Virus record (IMG/VR): IMGVR_UViG_3300009103_000007
Span: 1-64,000 of that record
Reading direction: 5' to 3' (one strand)
DNA from: a virus
DNA: 64,000 bases
The first letter of the stretch is position 1; every line of letters starts with the position of its first letter. The notes beneath the pieces were generated by a model that was not told where the DNA came from, searched no databases, and saw only the letters and a list, made by a program, of their open reading frames with translations. Positions 8,007 through 16,157 of the stretch are shown piece after piece. The position numbers and the translations under genes were made by a program.

Positions 8007-8058
8007 GTGACTCTCGCCACCTCCACCAACTTTTCTTATTTTGGAAACTATTTAATAT
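8007..8058 (+). repeat. Cassette repeat R1: tmRNA 3'-end fragment, T-tract, ACTATTTA motif
   Basis: GTGACTCTCGCCACCTCCACCAACTTTTCTTATTTTGGAAACTATTTAATAT. Colinear with R4 and R5; differences are transitions only. Confidence 0.95.
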
Positions 8059-8979
8059 ATGAAACTTATAATGGAAAACTGGAGAAAGTATTTAATAAAA
8101 GAAGAATTGTCCACACAAATATTTCCGGATTCGCCACTCGTCGCCATAAATCGCCCGGAAAAAATTCTTGCTCACTTTCCAAATGATGACCCCGAAGAAA
8201 TCGAAATACAAATCCGACTCCAGAATTATTTTAATGACTACAACAATCGCTTAGCACCCAGCCGGCTCAATATGATTCAGGAACTCAGCGTGCTTTTCAA
8301 CCGCTTCTTCGATGCAAGAAAGGACGTCGATGCTTCTAAGCCGAACTACCCGGGCACATATTCGAGAGAGTACGGTGATCCCCAATTTGGTCGACCATGG
8401 GAAGGAACCTTGGATATACATCCGAACCCGGAAGAGCGACCCGAGTATCGCCGAACAAGACGCCTCTACGGTTCTGAAGTTTTATGGGAATTTAGAAAAA
8501 GAGTAGAACACATAATCAGAAATTACAGCACCGGCACCAAGAATACATGGACCAGAACGTTGAGCTCGGGAAATACAACATTCAATATCTGGAAAGAAGT
8601 GAACGAATACGTCAACGAAGCCGCCAGGATAGCCAATGCCTGGGGAGGAGATCTTAAGTCAGTGTACCACGGCCCGCGGAGGGATCGCCAAGCTTGGAGG
8701 CCGGCCGCCGAAGAATACACAAAAGAAAAGTTAGCTGAATGGCAATCAAAACTGGAGCAACTGAAGATTGAAATTTATGAAAATCTTCAGACCGGATATC
8801 AGAAGTTACAAACAGAATTGGGGCCACTTATAAGAAAAGCACTAGAAGGACGCGTCGCTATGGCTATACCCACACCAGGCCAAGGAGAGATATCAATTTC
8901 GGATGAAGTTGGCGGTCTATCATTTCCCGATGATGCAATCGGAGGAGGAGTAGATTTTCAATTCGATCCAAAGAAATAG
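8059..8979 (+). CDS. Cassette 1: hypothetical protein with class-I leader
   Basis: MKLIMENWRKYLIKE-E. ATG 4 nt after ACTATTTA, no SD. Confidence 0.75.
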   Translation: MKLIMENWRKYLIKEELSTQIFPDSPLVAINRPEKILAHFPNDDPEEIEIQIRLQNYFNDYNNRLAPSRLNMIQELSVLFNRFFDARKDVDASKPNYPGTYSREYGDPQFGRPWEGTLDIHPNPEERPEYRRTRRLYGSEVLWEFRKRVEHIIRNYSTGTKNTWTRTLSSGNTTFNIWKEVNEYVNEAARIANAWGGDLKSVYHGPRRDRQAWRPAAEEYTKEKLAEWQSKLEQLKIEIYENLQTGYQKLQTELGPLIRKALEGRVAMAIPTPGQGEISISDEVGGLSFPDDAIGGGVDFQFDPKK

Positions 8980-8998
8980 TTTATTTGGGACTTTGATT

Positions 8999-9037
8999 GC
9001 CACCTCCACCAACTTTTCTCTTATTTGGAACTAATTA
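8999..9037 (+). repeat. Cassette repeat R2 (5'-truncated)
   Basis: GCCACCTCCACCAACTTTTCTCTTATTTGGAACTAATTA. A second ACTATTTA lies at 9048-9055. Confidence 0.9.
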
Positions 9038-9086
9038 CAATAAGGAGACTATTTAAAATATGAGAGAAAAAGGAGAAAATCTTTAA

Positions 9087-9323
9087 ATGAAAGTTACAAA
9101 GCAGTATTTAAGAAAGTTAATTAAAGAAGAGGTTGCTAAATCTCTGAATGAATCCGACTTGGCAACACCGGAGGCCCAACTTCAATACGTCAAAAGAGAG
9201 TTAGGTCAAATGCTATTTAATAAGGGCGCGCCCGCTTGGAGTCGACTCCCAGACCTCTGGGTCAAACTTGAAGATATCGCCACGAAGATAGGTGTAGAAC
9301 TACGAGGAAATTCAGCGCGCTAA
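9087..9323 (+). CDS. Cassette 2: small protein with class-III leader (MKVTKQYLRKLIKEE)
   Basis: 78 aa, AAGGAG SD, leader ends SLNE-S. Stop abuts R3. Confidence 0.7.
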   Translation: MKVTKQYLRKLIKEEVAKSLNESDLATPEAQLQYVKRELGQMLFNKGAPAWSRLPDLWVKLEDIATKIGVELRGNSAR

Positions 9324-9357
9324 ATAACTCCCGCCACCTCCACCAACTTTTTACTTT
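9324..9357 (+). repeat. Cassette repeat R3 (no late-promoter motif)
   Basis: ATAACTCCCGCCACCTCCACCAACTTTTTACTTT, running into a sigma70-like promoter. Confidence 0.9.
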
Positions 9358-9383
9358 ACATTTAGATAAAATTGTTTTATACT
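9355..9383 (+). promoter_or_regulatory. sigma70-like promoter
   Basis: TTTACA-17 nt-TATACT upstream of ORF 9418, AGGAG SD. Confidence 0.6.
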
Positions 9384-9417
9384 GTTCCTAACATTAAAAA
9401 AAGATAGGAGTATATAA

Positions 9418-9966
9418 ATGTTAAAGAAAGTAATTTTAGTAGCAACAGTAATGTTCGCAACTTTGGCACTCGCTGGGTACCCACAAGCAGAAGCCCACCC
9501 AACAGATAAAGAGGGTGTCAAGAAATGGACAAAGAGGTCAGGTCTCAGATTAGGTTATGTTTATGCCAATAAGGCTGATGAACCTGACGCAGATGGCGAG
9601 GAGTCAAAACTTAACAGCCCTCATATGTTCACGATGGGATTCGAACTACAACAATGTATGCCAGGGGGAGATTGGCTGGACGTTTTGTTTATTCAGAATG
9701 TGAGTATTACTGGCCTTGACCAGAGTGTCGTGTCACCATCGGCTCGGGTACTAGTTGGGTTTGAAATTGACAAATCAGTTCAATTAGCAGTCGGTCCTCA
9801 GTTATCATTCCACGACCCATCAGGAGAAGACAAGTATGTTCATCTTACAGCTGCCATAGGCTACACGATGGATGCCGGTGTATTTAGTGTACCGGTTCAC
9901 TTGAGCTTTGTGCCTGACGTCAACAATTATTGGGCAACAGCCATCACTACCGGTGTAAACTGGTAA
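9418..9966 (+). CDS. Cassette 3: secreted, probable outer-membrane beta-barrel protein
   Basis: Signal peptide (MLKKVILVATVMFATLALA, A-E-A site), alternating amphipathic beta segments, C-terminal aromatic residue (TGVNW). Confidence 0.6.
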   Translation: MLKKVILVATVMFATLALAGYPQAEAHPTDKEGVKKWTKRSGLRLGYVYANKADEPDADGEESKLNSPHMFTMGFELQQCMPGGDWLDVLFIQNVSITGLDQSVVSPSARVLVGFEIDKSVQLAVGPQLSFHDPSGEDKYVHLTAAIGYTMDAGVFSVPVHLSFVPDVNNYWATAITTGVNW

Positions 9967-9970
9967 ACAA

Positions 9971-10022
9971 ATAACTCCCGCCACCTCCACCAACTTTTCT
10001 TACTTTGGAGACTACTTAATAT
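9971..10022 (+). repeat. Cassette repeat R4
   Basis: ATAACTCCCGCCACCTCCACCAACTTTTCTTACTTTGGAGACTACTTAATAT, 48/52 identical to R5. Confidence 0.95.
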
Positions 10023-10340
10023 ATGAAACATAAACTTATAATGGAAAACTGGAAGAAGTTTTTAACAGAGGAACACTCAGATCAGCAGAAATACGAACTT
10101 GGCCGCCGTTGGTCACAACAGGAGATGGAAGACCAACATGACATCGCACCTGATTGGCTAGATGATGCATACGAAGTGACGGTCGCCATGCAAAAATCTG
10201 GAGAAATAGCCTCCGGTACACCACCAGAAGAATTAGCAAAAAAGTATTCTTCCGGAAATTTAGAATTAGAAAAATTTCTGATTGTTAACATAATGCTTCA
10301 TCGCCTAAGAGGTAATCTTGGAGACAGGGGTTTAGCATAA
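10023..10340 (+). CDS. Cassette 4: small protein with class-I leader
   Basis: MKHKLIMENWKKFLTE-E. Its TAA stop is part of R5. Confidence 0.7.
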   Translation: MKHKLIMENWKKFLTEEHSDQQKYELGRRWSQQEMEDQHDIAPDWLDDAYEVTVAMQKSGEIASGTPPEELAKKYSSGNLELEKFLIVNIMLHRLRGNLGDRGLA

Positions 10341-10388
10341 CCCCCGCCACCTCCACCAATTTTTCTTATTTTGGAGACTATTTAATAT
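10337..10388 (+). repeat. Cassette repeat R5
   Basis: ATAACCCCCGCCACCTCCACCAATTTTTCTTATTTTGGAGACTATTTAATAT. Confidence 0.95.
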
Positions 10389-11435
10389 ATGAAACTTATA
10401 ATGGAAAATTGGCGCCAGTTCATAATTGAGTCTGATTACCGCTCGCGCGCTGTTTATATGAAGGCTCGTGATAATACTAAATATGCTTATATTTTCGGCA
10501 CTGTCTCAGGCAAGGTCCTTGAGGCAAAAAATGAAACAGACATGTACTATGGCGCATCAATGCCAAAGCCCATAATGGCTTTAGCTCACATGAAGAAGTT
10601 CCGAAATGCGGAAGAGGGATCCCTCAAAAAACTGACAGACGAGGAGCTGAAAGGTTTGTTGAATTATGTTGGATACGGCGCCCACGCAAGCAATGCAGTA
10701 AATAAGAGAATTATAGCAAAGGTTTCAGATAAGGAAGCTACAGATTTCATCGCGAGTACTGGAATAGCTTCGAACATTTCCAGTGAAGAACATCCGATGG
10801 GTCAGGACGCCCCGCGGGACAAGTCAGCCGCTTACGAAAAAGATGTAAAGAAGAAGGGCCGTTATATCACGAAACCAAAAAAAATGACGATTAAGCGCGG
10901 ATCCTTCCGGAACAAACAAACTCCACTGCAATTTTTCAATTTTTTAACATTTTTGTATAAAACTCGTAAAATGTTTTCAACTCAATCTCACGCGGATCCT
11001 CAAATTAATGAATTTAATAAAATTATGAGTATTATGAGGAGAGATTATTTTGGGGTAAATAAGCGCGACCGAGAAAATCAGGGGTTTGAGTTTATAAAGA
11101 AGTATTTAAACCACAAAGGCATAAAGGTATCTAAAGTGTATGGCAAAGGCGGCCGCGCCGCAGGTTCACTAAACTATGGCATCATAATAGATGATAAATG
11201 GATATTCTCAATATATACAGACTTTACAGCCGGCGCATGGAAACCTAAAAAAACCCACGAAAAAGATAAGTCGAAAAGAAGTCACTGGGCAACACACTCC
11301 GGACCAACAAGCCGAAGAAAACCCAGAAACAAATATGTCAAGATTATAAAAATAGGAGGAGAAAGATGGGAAGTGGGGGAAAGCAAGCTCCGATTGGTAG
11401 AGATTATAGCCAAAGTAATGAGTCGAAACACATGA
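10389..11435 (+). CDS. Serine beta-lactamase/PBP-fold protein with class-I leader
   Basis: SxxK (ASMPK), a SN motif near the SxN position (HASNAVN), KGG at the KTG position, NKQTP. Leader MKLIMENWRQFIIE-S. Confidence 0.6.
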   Translation: MKLIMENWRQFIIESDYRSRAVYMKARDNTKYAYIFGTVSGKVLEAKNETDMYYGASMPKPIMALAHMKKFRNAEEGSLKKLTDEELKGLLNYVGYGAHASNAVNKRIIAKVSDKEATDFIASTGIASNISSEEHPMGQDAPRDKSAAYEKDVKKKGRYITKPKKMTIKRGSFRNKQTPLQFFNFLTFLYKTRKMFSTQSHADPQINEFNKIMSIMRRDYFGVNKRDRENQGFEFIKKYLNHKGIKVSKVYGKGGRAAGSLNYGIIIDDKWIFSIYTDFTAGAWKPKKTHEKDKSKRSHWATHSGPTSRRKPRNKYVKIIKIGGERWEVGESKLRLVEIIAKVMSRNT

Positions 11436-12055
11436 AGGGTCCAACCATCAAAGAAGTGTCGGGCGGGTGGATTGGTTATTATATATGGAGAATACATAGA
11501 GACTATACAAAAATTGAGAAGTTAGCTGAAGAGAATTATAGCACGTCTCACTTACCTCAAAATGTGAGTAAAAGAAACCCCTCTGAACAAAGGGAATTCC
11601 GCGATATTATAGATTATAAAAGAGAAGCTTTCAGGCATATCTTGGCTGCAGCTTGGTTTGAATATCATTATTCACTATTACCCACTCGCGCCCTCGGCAT
11701 TGCAAAAGAGAAAGTAGACTTATTAAAGCAGAAAATTAAAGAATTTTTAGGAAAAAAATCAAACAGAAAAAGATTTAAACGCTTACAAGAGATGGATTTG
11801 GCAAATAATGAAGCTGGCCTTAGTCTGGCGAAAAGCATTCTCGATTTGGGCGCCAATCGTAGGACGTTTAGCTTGCCTGACGTGGCCCTCATGGTTCATG
11901 GTTTAATTGAGAAAGGTGAGTTCTATGTTGCAGGTGGTAAAATGAAATATAATGCTCTGGTCGCGTGGAGGGCCCAACAAAAGCGCATCAAAATGACAGT
12001 TAGCGGCGACAAAAACCCAAGAGAAACTGGAATTATAAAGAAAAAAAAGAATTAA
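11432..12055 (+). CDS. Hypothetical protein with AFRH...MDLxNNxxG motif (DUF6973-like)
   Basis: EAFRHIL and EMDLANNEAG. Start placed at the ATGA overlap with the upstream stop. Confidence 0.5.
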   Translation: MKGPTIKEVSGGWIGYYIWRIHRDYTKIEKLAEENYSTSHLPQNVSKRNPSEQREFRDIIDYKREAFRHILAAAWFEYHYSLLPTRALGIAKEKVDLLKQKIKEFLGKKSNRKRFKRLQEMDLANNEAGLSLAKSILDLGANRRTFSLPDVALMVHGLIEKGEFYVAGGKMKYNALVAWRAQQKRIKMTVSGDKNPRETGIIKKKKN

Positions 12056-12067
12056 TGGCTATAGATT

Positions 12068-13132
12068 ATGAGTAATGTTCAAGATATGAAAAGTGTTATG
12101 AAAGGCTGGAGAGGGTACTTGAATGAGGCTTTTTATACTGTTCGCCGCGGCGACAATCTGGCCAAGATAGTTAAGTTTATAAACTCTCAATTCGAAGATG
12201 AAAATCTTGATGTTGAGGGGCTACTAAAGCTCAACCCACAAATAAAAAACAAAAATAAAATATATCCCGGCCAGAAAATCAGAGTCACTCGAAAAGACGC
12301 AGCAGGGAAGTTGGGGAAATATGAAAAAGATGAAGCTTATCAAGATAAGTCTGCAGAACTGGCCCAACATTTGGACAACCATGTGGACGAAATCTGGAAC
12401 CGCTCAATATCAACAGCCATTCATTTAGTATCTAAATACGCCTCACCCAATATTTCTGCGTTAACAAAGTGGGTTTCAACTGCTAGAGCGTCAAATCAGA
12501 TACAAGTAGATTATGAGGCCGCATTACCTGCCGATCGTTATGGTGAATGGATTTCAGGAAACAGGATCGGGAAATATCAATTGAAAGGGGCCAGTGAGAC
12601 TAATCCTCGTATGAGGGTTAACAAACTTTACTTTACGGGGGTGGTTGAGAAGATAATTTGGGCCATTGCTAATAATAATATGTTTGTTGAAATAACAGAT
12701 GTGATTAAAAAAGGAATAATAGATTTTATAGTGAATACAGTGGGGTATATACTATCTTTTACAATTGTTCACGAACTGACACATGCTGTACATAACCTGA
12801 AGTTAATACTTTATCTTAATAAACTGTCGACTTCCAAACGTATTAGTACGCTTGAGGGTATGAAAACGCCATCATTCGTTGCGCGGATGGAACTCGATTG
12901 TATTAAAAATGAAAAAGTTTTTTTAAGAAAGGCAGAACGGTACCGCTTTCAAATTATTGAAGACCTAAAGAATTGGATTGGCAAGTCTGAGACTGTCGCG
13001 CTCACCACAAAGGATCCTAAAGCATTAGAAAAAATGATGGCAACTCTTGCGCAGGAAATCGAAAAAGAAATAAAAAATGTAATGAGCTATAAACACGAAC
13101 AATTAAGTATATTGAAAAAGGAAGAAATTTAA
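12068..13132 (+). CDS. LysM-domain protein with HExxH motif and leader
   Basis: YTVRRGDNL...LNPQI...IYPGQKI (LysM), VHELTH, leader MKSVMKGWRGYLNE-A. Confidence 0.75.
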   Translation: MSNVQDMKSVMKGWRGYLNEAFYTVRRGDNLAKIVKFINSQFEDENLDVEGLLKLNPQIKNKNKIYPGQKIRVTRKDAAGKLGKYEKDEAYQDKSAELAQHLDNHVDEIWNRSISTAIHLVSKYASPNISALTKWVSTARASNQIQVDYEAALPADRYGEWISGNRIGKYQLKGASETNPRMRVNKLYFTGVVEKIIWAIANNNMFVEITDVIKKGIIDFIVNTVGYILSFTIVHELTHAVHNLKLILYLNKLSTSKRISTLEGMKTPSFVARMELDCIKNEKVFLRKAERYRFQIIEDLKNWIGKSETVALTTKDPKALEKMMATLAQEIEKEIKNVMSYKHEQLSILKKEEI

Positions 13133-13530
13133 TGAAATTGGAAGAAAATTTTGAACTATCAGAGTTCACATGCAGAGATGGCACTAGTGTTCCAGAGGAA
13201 TATATGGACAACGTCCGCATATTAGCTAAAAATCTGCAAGTGCTGAGAGATTGCACCGGTAGGCCCGTTAGGGTAATAAGTGGATATCGTTCTCCAAAAT
13301 ATAATACCAGTATTGGCGGAGCTCGACGCAGCCAACATATGCTAGCAAAGGCCGCAGATATTAAAATATCTGGCTTATCGCCACAAGAAATCAAAGATAT
13401 TATAGAGTGTCTAATATGTGAAGGGAAGATGGATAAGGGTGGTGTAGGTTTGTATACTACATTTGTTCATTATGATATCCGCGGCCGCAATGCTCGTTGG
13501 TATGGGAAAGGTGTCAAGGATGATAAATAA
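13132..13530 (+). CDS. Peptidase M15A-family endolysin / D-Ala-D-Ala peptidase
   Basis: ENFELSEF, ISGYRS, SQHMLAKAADI, FVHYDIRG. Confidence 0.9.
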   Translation: MKLEENFELSEFTCRDGTSVPEEYMDNVRILAKNLQVLRDCTGRPVRVISGYRSPKYNTSIGGARRSQHMLAKAADIKISGLSPQEIKDIIECLICEGKMDKGGVGLYTTFVHYDIRGRNARWYGKGVKDDK

Positions 13531-13545
13531 AATCTAAAAATTTAC

Positions 13546-13573
13546 TTGCTTTATAGTAAAATGTGCTTATAGT
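13546..13573 (+). promoter_or_regulatory. sigma70-like promoter of dnaK
   Basis: TTGCTT-16 nt-TATAGT, GGAGGT SD before ATG 13593. Confidence 0.45.
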
Positions 13574-13592
13574 ATTACTATGGAGGTAAGAA

Positions 13593-15470
13593 ATGTCTAA
13601 AGTTATTGGAATTGACCTAGGAACTACCAATTCGGTCGTCACGGTCATGGACTCTGGAGAACCCAGTGTCCTAACAAACGAGGAGGGGACTCGGACAACC
13701 CCATCTGTGGTAGCATATACAAAGTCAGGTGAACGTTTGGTTGGAATCATGGCTCGCAGGCAAGCGGTCACGAATCCTGAAAACACAATTTATTCTATTA
13801 AACGTTTTATCGGGATGAAGCATTCTGAGGTGATTGAGGAATCCTCAAAGATGCCATACAAGATTCAAAAATCAAAAACAGGAATGTGTGAGGTGTTAGT
13901 GGGCGAAAAAGCCCTATCACCACCAGAAATTTCCGCCCAAATATTAATAAAATTAAAATCGGCGGCAGAAAATTTTCTTGGCGTTGAAGTGAAAGAAGCG
14001 GTAATCACGGTTCCTGCATATTTTAATGACTCTCAGCGACAAGCAACAAGAGACGCCGGCAAGATTGCAGGTCTAAATATCAAAAGAATTATTAACGAGC
14101 CCACTGCGGCAGCCTTGGCTTATGGGATGGACAAAGGCGAAGATAAGAAGATTCTCGTTTATGATCTTGGTGGTGGTACTTTTGATGTCTCTGTGTTGGA
14201 AATCGGCGATGGCGTAGTGGAAGTATTGAGTACTAACGGAGATACCCATTTAGGCGGAGATGATATCGATAATGTGTTAATATCTTGGCTGACTGATTGT
14301 TTTAGGGAGGAAACTGGTATAGATATAACTAAAGAGGCGATGGTTACTCAAAGATTGAGAGAGGCAGCTGAGCGCGCTAAGATAGAACTATCCAGTGCAC
14401 AACAGACAGAGGTAAATTTGCCGTTTTTAACTGCTGACTCTACAGGGCCAAAACACCTTCAGGTTACATTATCTAGATCACAATTTGAAAAGATGATTGA
14501 TAGTTTAGTCTCGAAGACAATAATTCCGATACGGCGCGCCCTCGAAGATGCTGACATTGCAAAAGAGAGTTTAGATGAAATACTTCTAGTGGGTGGGTCC
14601 ACTAGGATTCCATTGGTGAAAAAGACTGTCGAAAGTTTCTTTAAAAAATCAATAAATTCGTCGGTCAATCCAGATGAAGTTGTTGCCCTCGGCGCCGCCG
14701 TTCAGGGTGGAGTGTTTATGGGGGAGGTTAATGACATACTACTGCTGGATGTTACTCCGCTTTCTTTGGGACTGGAAACAATGGGCGGAGTCATGACGCG
14801 TCTTATTGAGAGGAATACAACGATTCCGTGTTCCAAATCACAGACATTCACAACAGCAGAAAACAACCAGCCGGCTGTAGATATAAAGGTATTACAAGGG
14901 GAAAGAGAATTTTCAAAAGACAATAAGAACTTGGGCACGTTCAAATTAGATGGTATACCACCGGCTCCACGTGGAACTCCCCAAATTGAAGTTACGTTTG
15001 ATATAGACGCAAATGGAATTGTTAGTGTTCGTGCATTAGATAAGGCCGCAAACAAGGAACAAAAAATTACAATACAGGGTAGCGGTACTTTATCTTCTGA
15101 TGAAGTAGACAGGATGGTTCGCGAAGCCAAAGAAAACGAAACCCAAGATAGAGAAAAAAGGGAAATGATTGATGCACAAAACTTGCTGGAATCAACGATC
15201 TTTCAAGCAGAGAAATTCTTAGAGGAGCATGAAGAGAAAATATCTTCGATTATTAAAGAAGATATCACGAAGACAATTGATTCATCAAAACATTTTTTGA
15301 AGTCAGAAAAAAGTATAGAAGTAATTCAATCTGAGGTTGTAAAACTCAACACTGCTCTGCATGCTGCAGCTAAGAGCCTGTATGAGAATACTGCAGACAC
15401 AAATCGACATCCAGACCAGTCGGAAAATCACGAAGAAGATATAATTGATGCTGAGTTTGAAGAAACTTAG
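13593..15470 (+). CDS. dnaK: Hsp70 chaperone DnaK
   Basis: [45 protein letters not shown]-terminal DAEFEE. Confidence 0.99.
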   Translation: MSKVIGIDLGTTNSVVTVMDSGEPSVLTNEEGTRTTPSVVAYTKSGERLVGIMARRQAVTNPENTIYSIKRFIGMKHSEVIEESSKMPYKIQKSKTGMCEVLVGEKALSPPEISAQILIKLKSAAENFLGVEVKEAVITVPAYFNDSQRQATRDAGKIAGLNIKRIINEPTAAALAYGMDKGEDKKILVYDLGGGTFDVSVLEIGDGVVEVLSTNGDTHLGGDDIDNVLISWLTDCFREETGIDITKEAMVTQRLREAAERAKIELSSAQQTEVNLPFLTADSTGPKHLQVTLSRSQFEKMIDSLVSKTIIPIRRALEDADIAKESLDEILLVGGSTRIPLVKKTVESFFKKSINSSVNPDEVVALGAAVQGGVFMGEVNDILLLDVTPLSLGLETMGGVMTRLIERNTTIPCSKSQTFTTAENNQPAVDIKVLQGEREFSKDNKNLGTFKLDGIPPAPRGTPQIEVTFDIDANGIVSVRALDKAANKEQKITIQGSGTLSSDEVDRMVREAKENETQDREKREMIDAQNLLESTIFQAEKFLEEHEEKISSIIKEDITKTIDSSKHFLKSEKSIEVIQSEVVKLNTALHAAAKSLYENTADTNRHPDQSENHEEDIIDAEFEET

Positions 15471-15495
15471 AAATTGGATTTTTCATAAATAAAAA

Positions 15496-15503
15496 ACTAT
15501 TTA
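15496..15503 (+). promoter_or_regulatory. Putative late-promoter motif ACTATTTA
   Basis: 6 nt before ATG 15510, no SD. Confidence 0.55.
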
Positions 15504-15509
15504 TGATAT

Positions 15510-16073
15510 ATGAAAAGTTTAATAAATTCATGGAACAGTTTTCTGGCTGAATCCTCCAAGGATCCAGAAAGCCATAAAAATACTATCCTCACCAAAAATA
15601 GCGAAAAGGAAAATATATACAACATCTATTTTTCCGGTCTTTCTCGAAAAGTTCCTGATACTCAGTCCCCCAAATATTTGATAAAAAAATATAAGAATAT
15701 TTTAGAGCAATGGGCTTACAATAATGGCAACCTAATATTGCTTTCTATGAGAGAGATAAATTTTGAAACTAATTTAGAGATAGCAAAAATAATAGGATTT
15801 TCTGCCGGCGCCCGAGCAGCCTTGAGATTTTCTGTAAAAAAACCTTCCGCAGAGCTAGTATTATTAGACCCGTGGATGCCTGCAGAGTCTGTTAGTATGG
15901 GCAGGTCTCCCGATAAGTTTTATGGACCGAGTTGCAGCCTAACGACTAATCACAAAAATGGCCTTAAAGTTCATGTTCCTCGATTAAAGAAACTTGGACT
16001 TTGGTCAGGCCAGTGTGAGGAAAAGAAACATATATCATATTTTTTAGATTATTTTCGAGGACATTTCATTTAA
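15510..16073 (+). CDS. Alpha/beta-hydrolase-like protein with leader
   Basis: GFSAG nucleophile elbow, LVLLDP, late His. Leader MKSLINSWNSFLAE-S. Confidence 0.5.
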   Translation: MKSLINSWNSFLAESSKDPESHKNTILTKNSEKENIYNIYFSGLSRKVPDTQSPKYLIKKYKNILEQWAYNNGNLILLSMREINFETNLEIAKIIGFSAGARAALRFSVKKPSAELVLLDPWMPAESVSMGRSPDKFYGPSCSLTTNHKNGLKVHVPRLKKLGLWSGQCEEKKHISYFLDYFRGHFI

Positions 16074-16157
16074 TGTTTAATATAAATACAATAATACAAA
16101 CTATATACCATAGGCATGCCCAAACAGATTTATTTAAAAAAGAAAAGAGTAAAATAA

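Noticed and set aside
8007-10388. Repeats as a CRISPR array
   Set aside because: Spacers are 0.3-1 kb, variable, and contain whole genes. The repeat is a tmRNA 3' end and is not palindromic.
10389-11435. Antibiotic-resistance beta-lactamase
   Set aside because: No signal peptide, divergent motifs, and no evident class A omega-loop signature. A peptidase role is more plausible.
16081-16088. TATAAATA, T4 late-promoter consensus
   Set aside because: The only such instance I noticed, in a very AT-rich spacer. Structural genes use a different motif.
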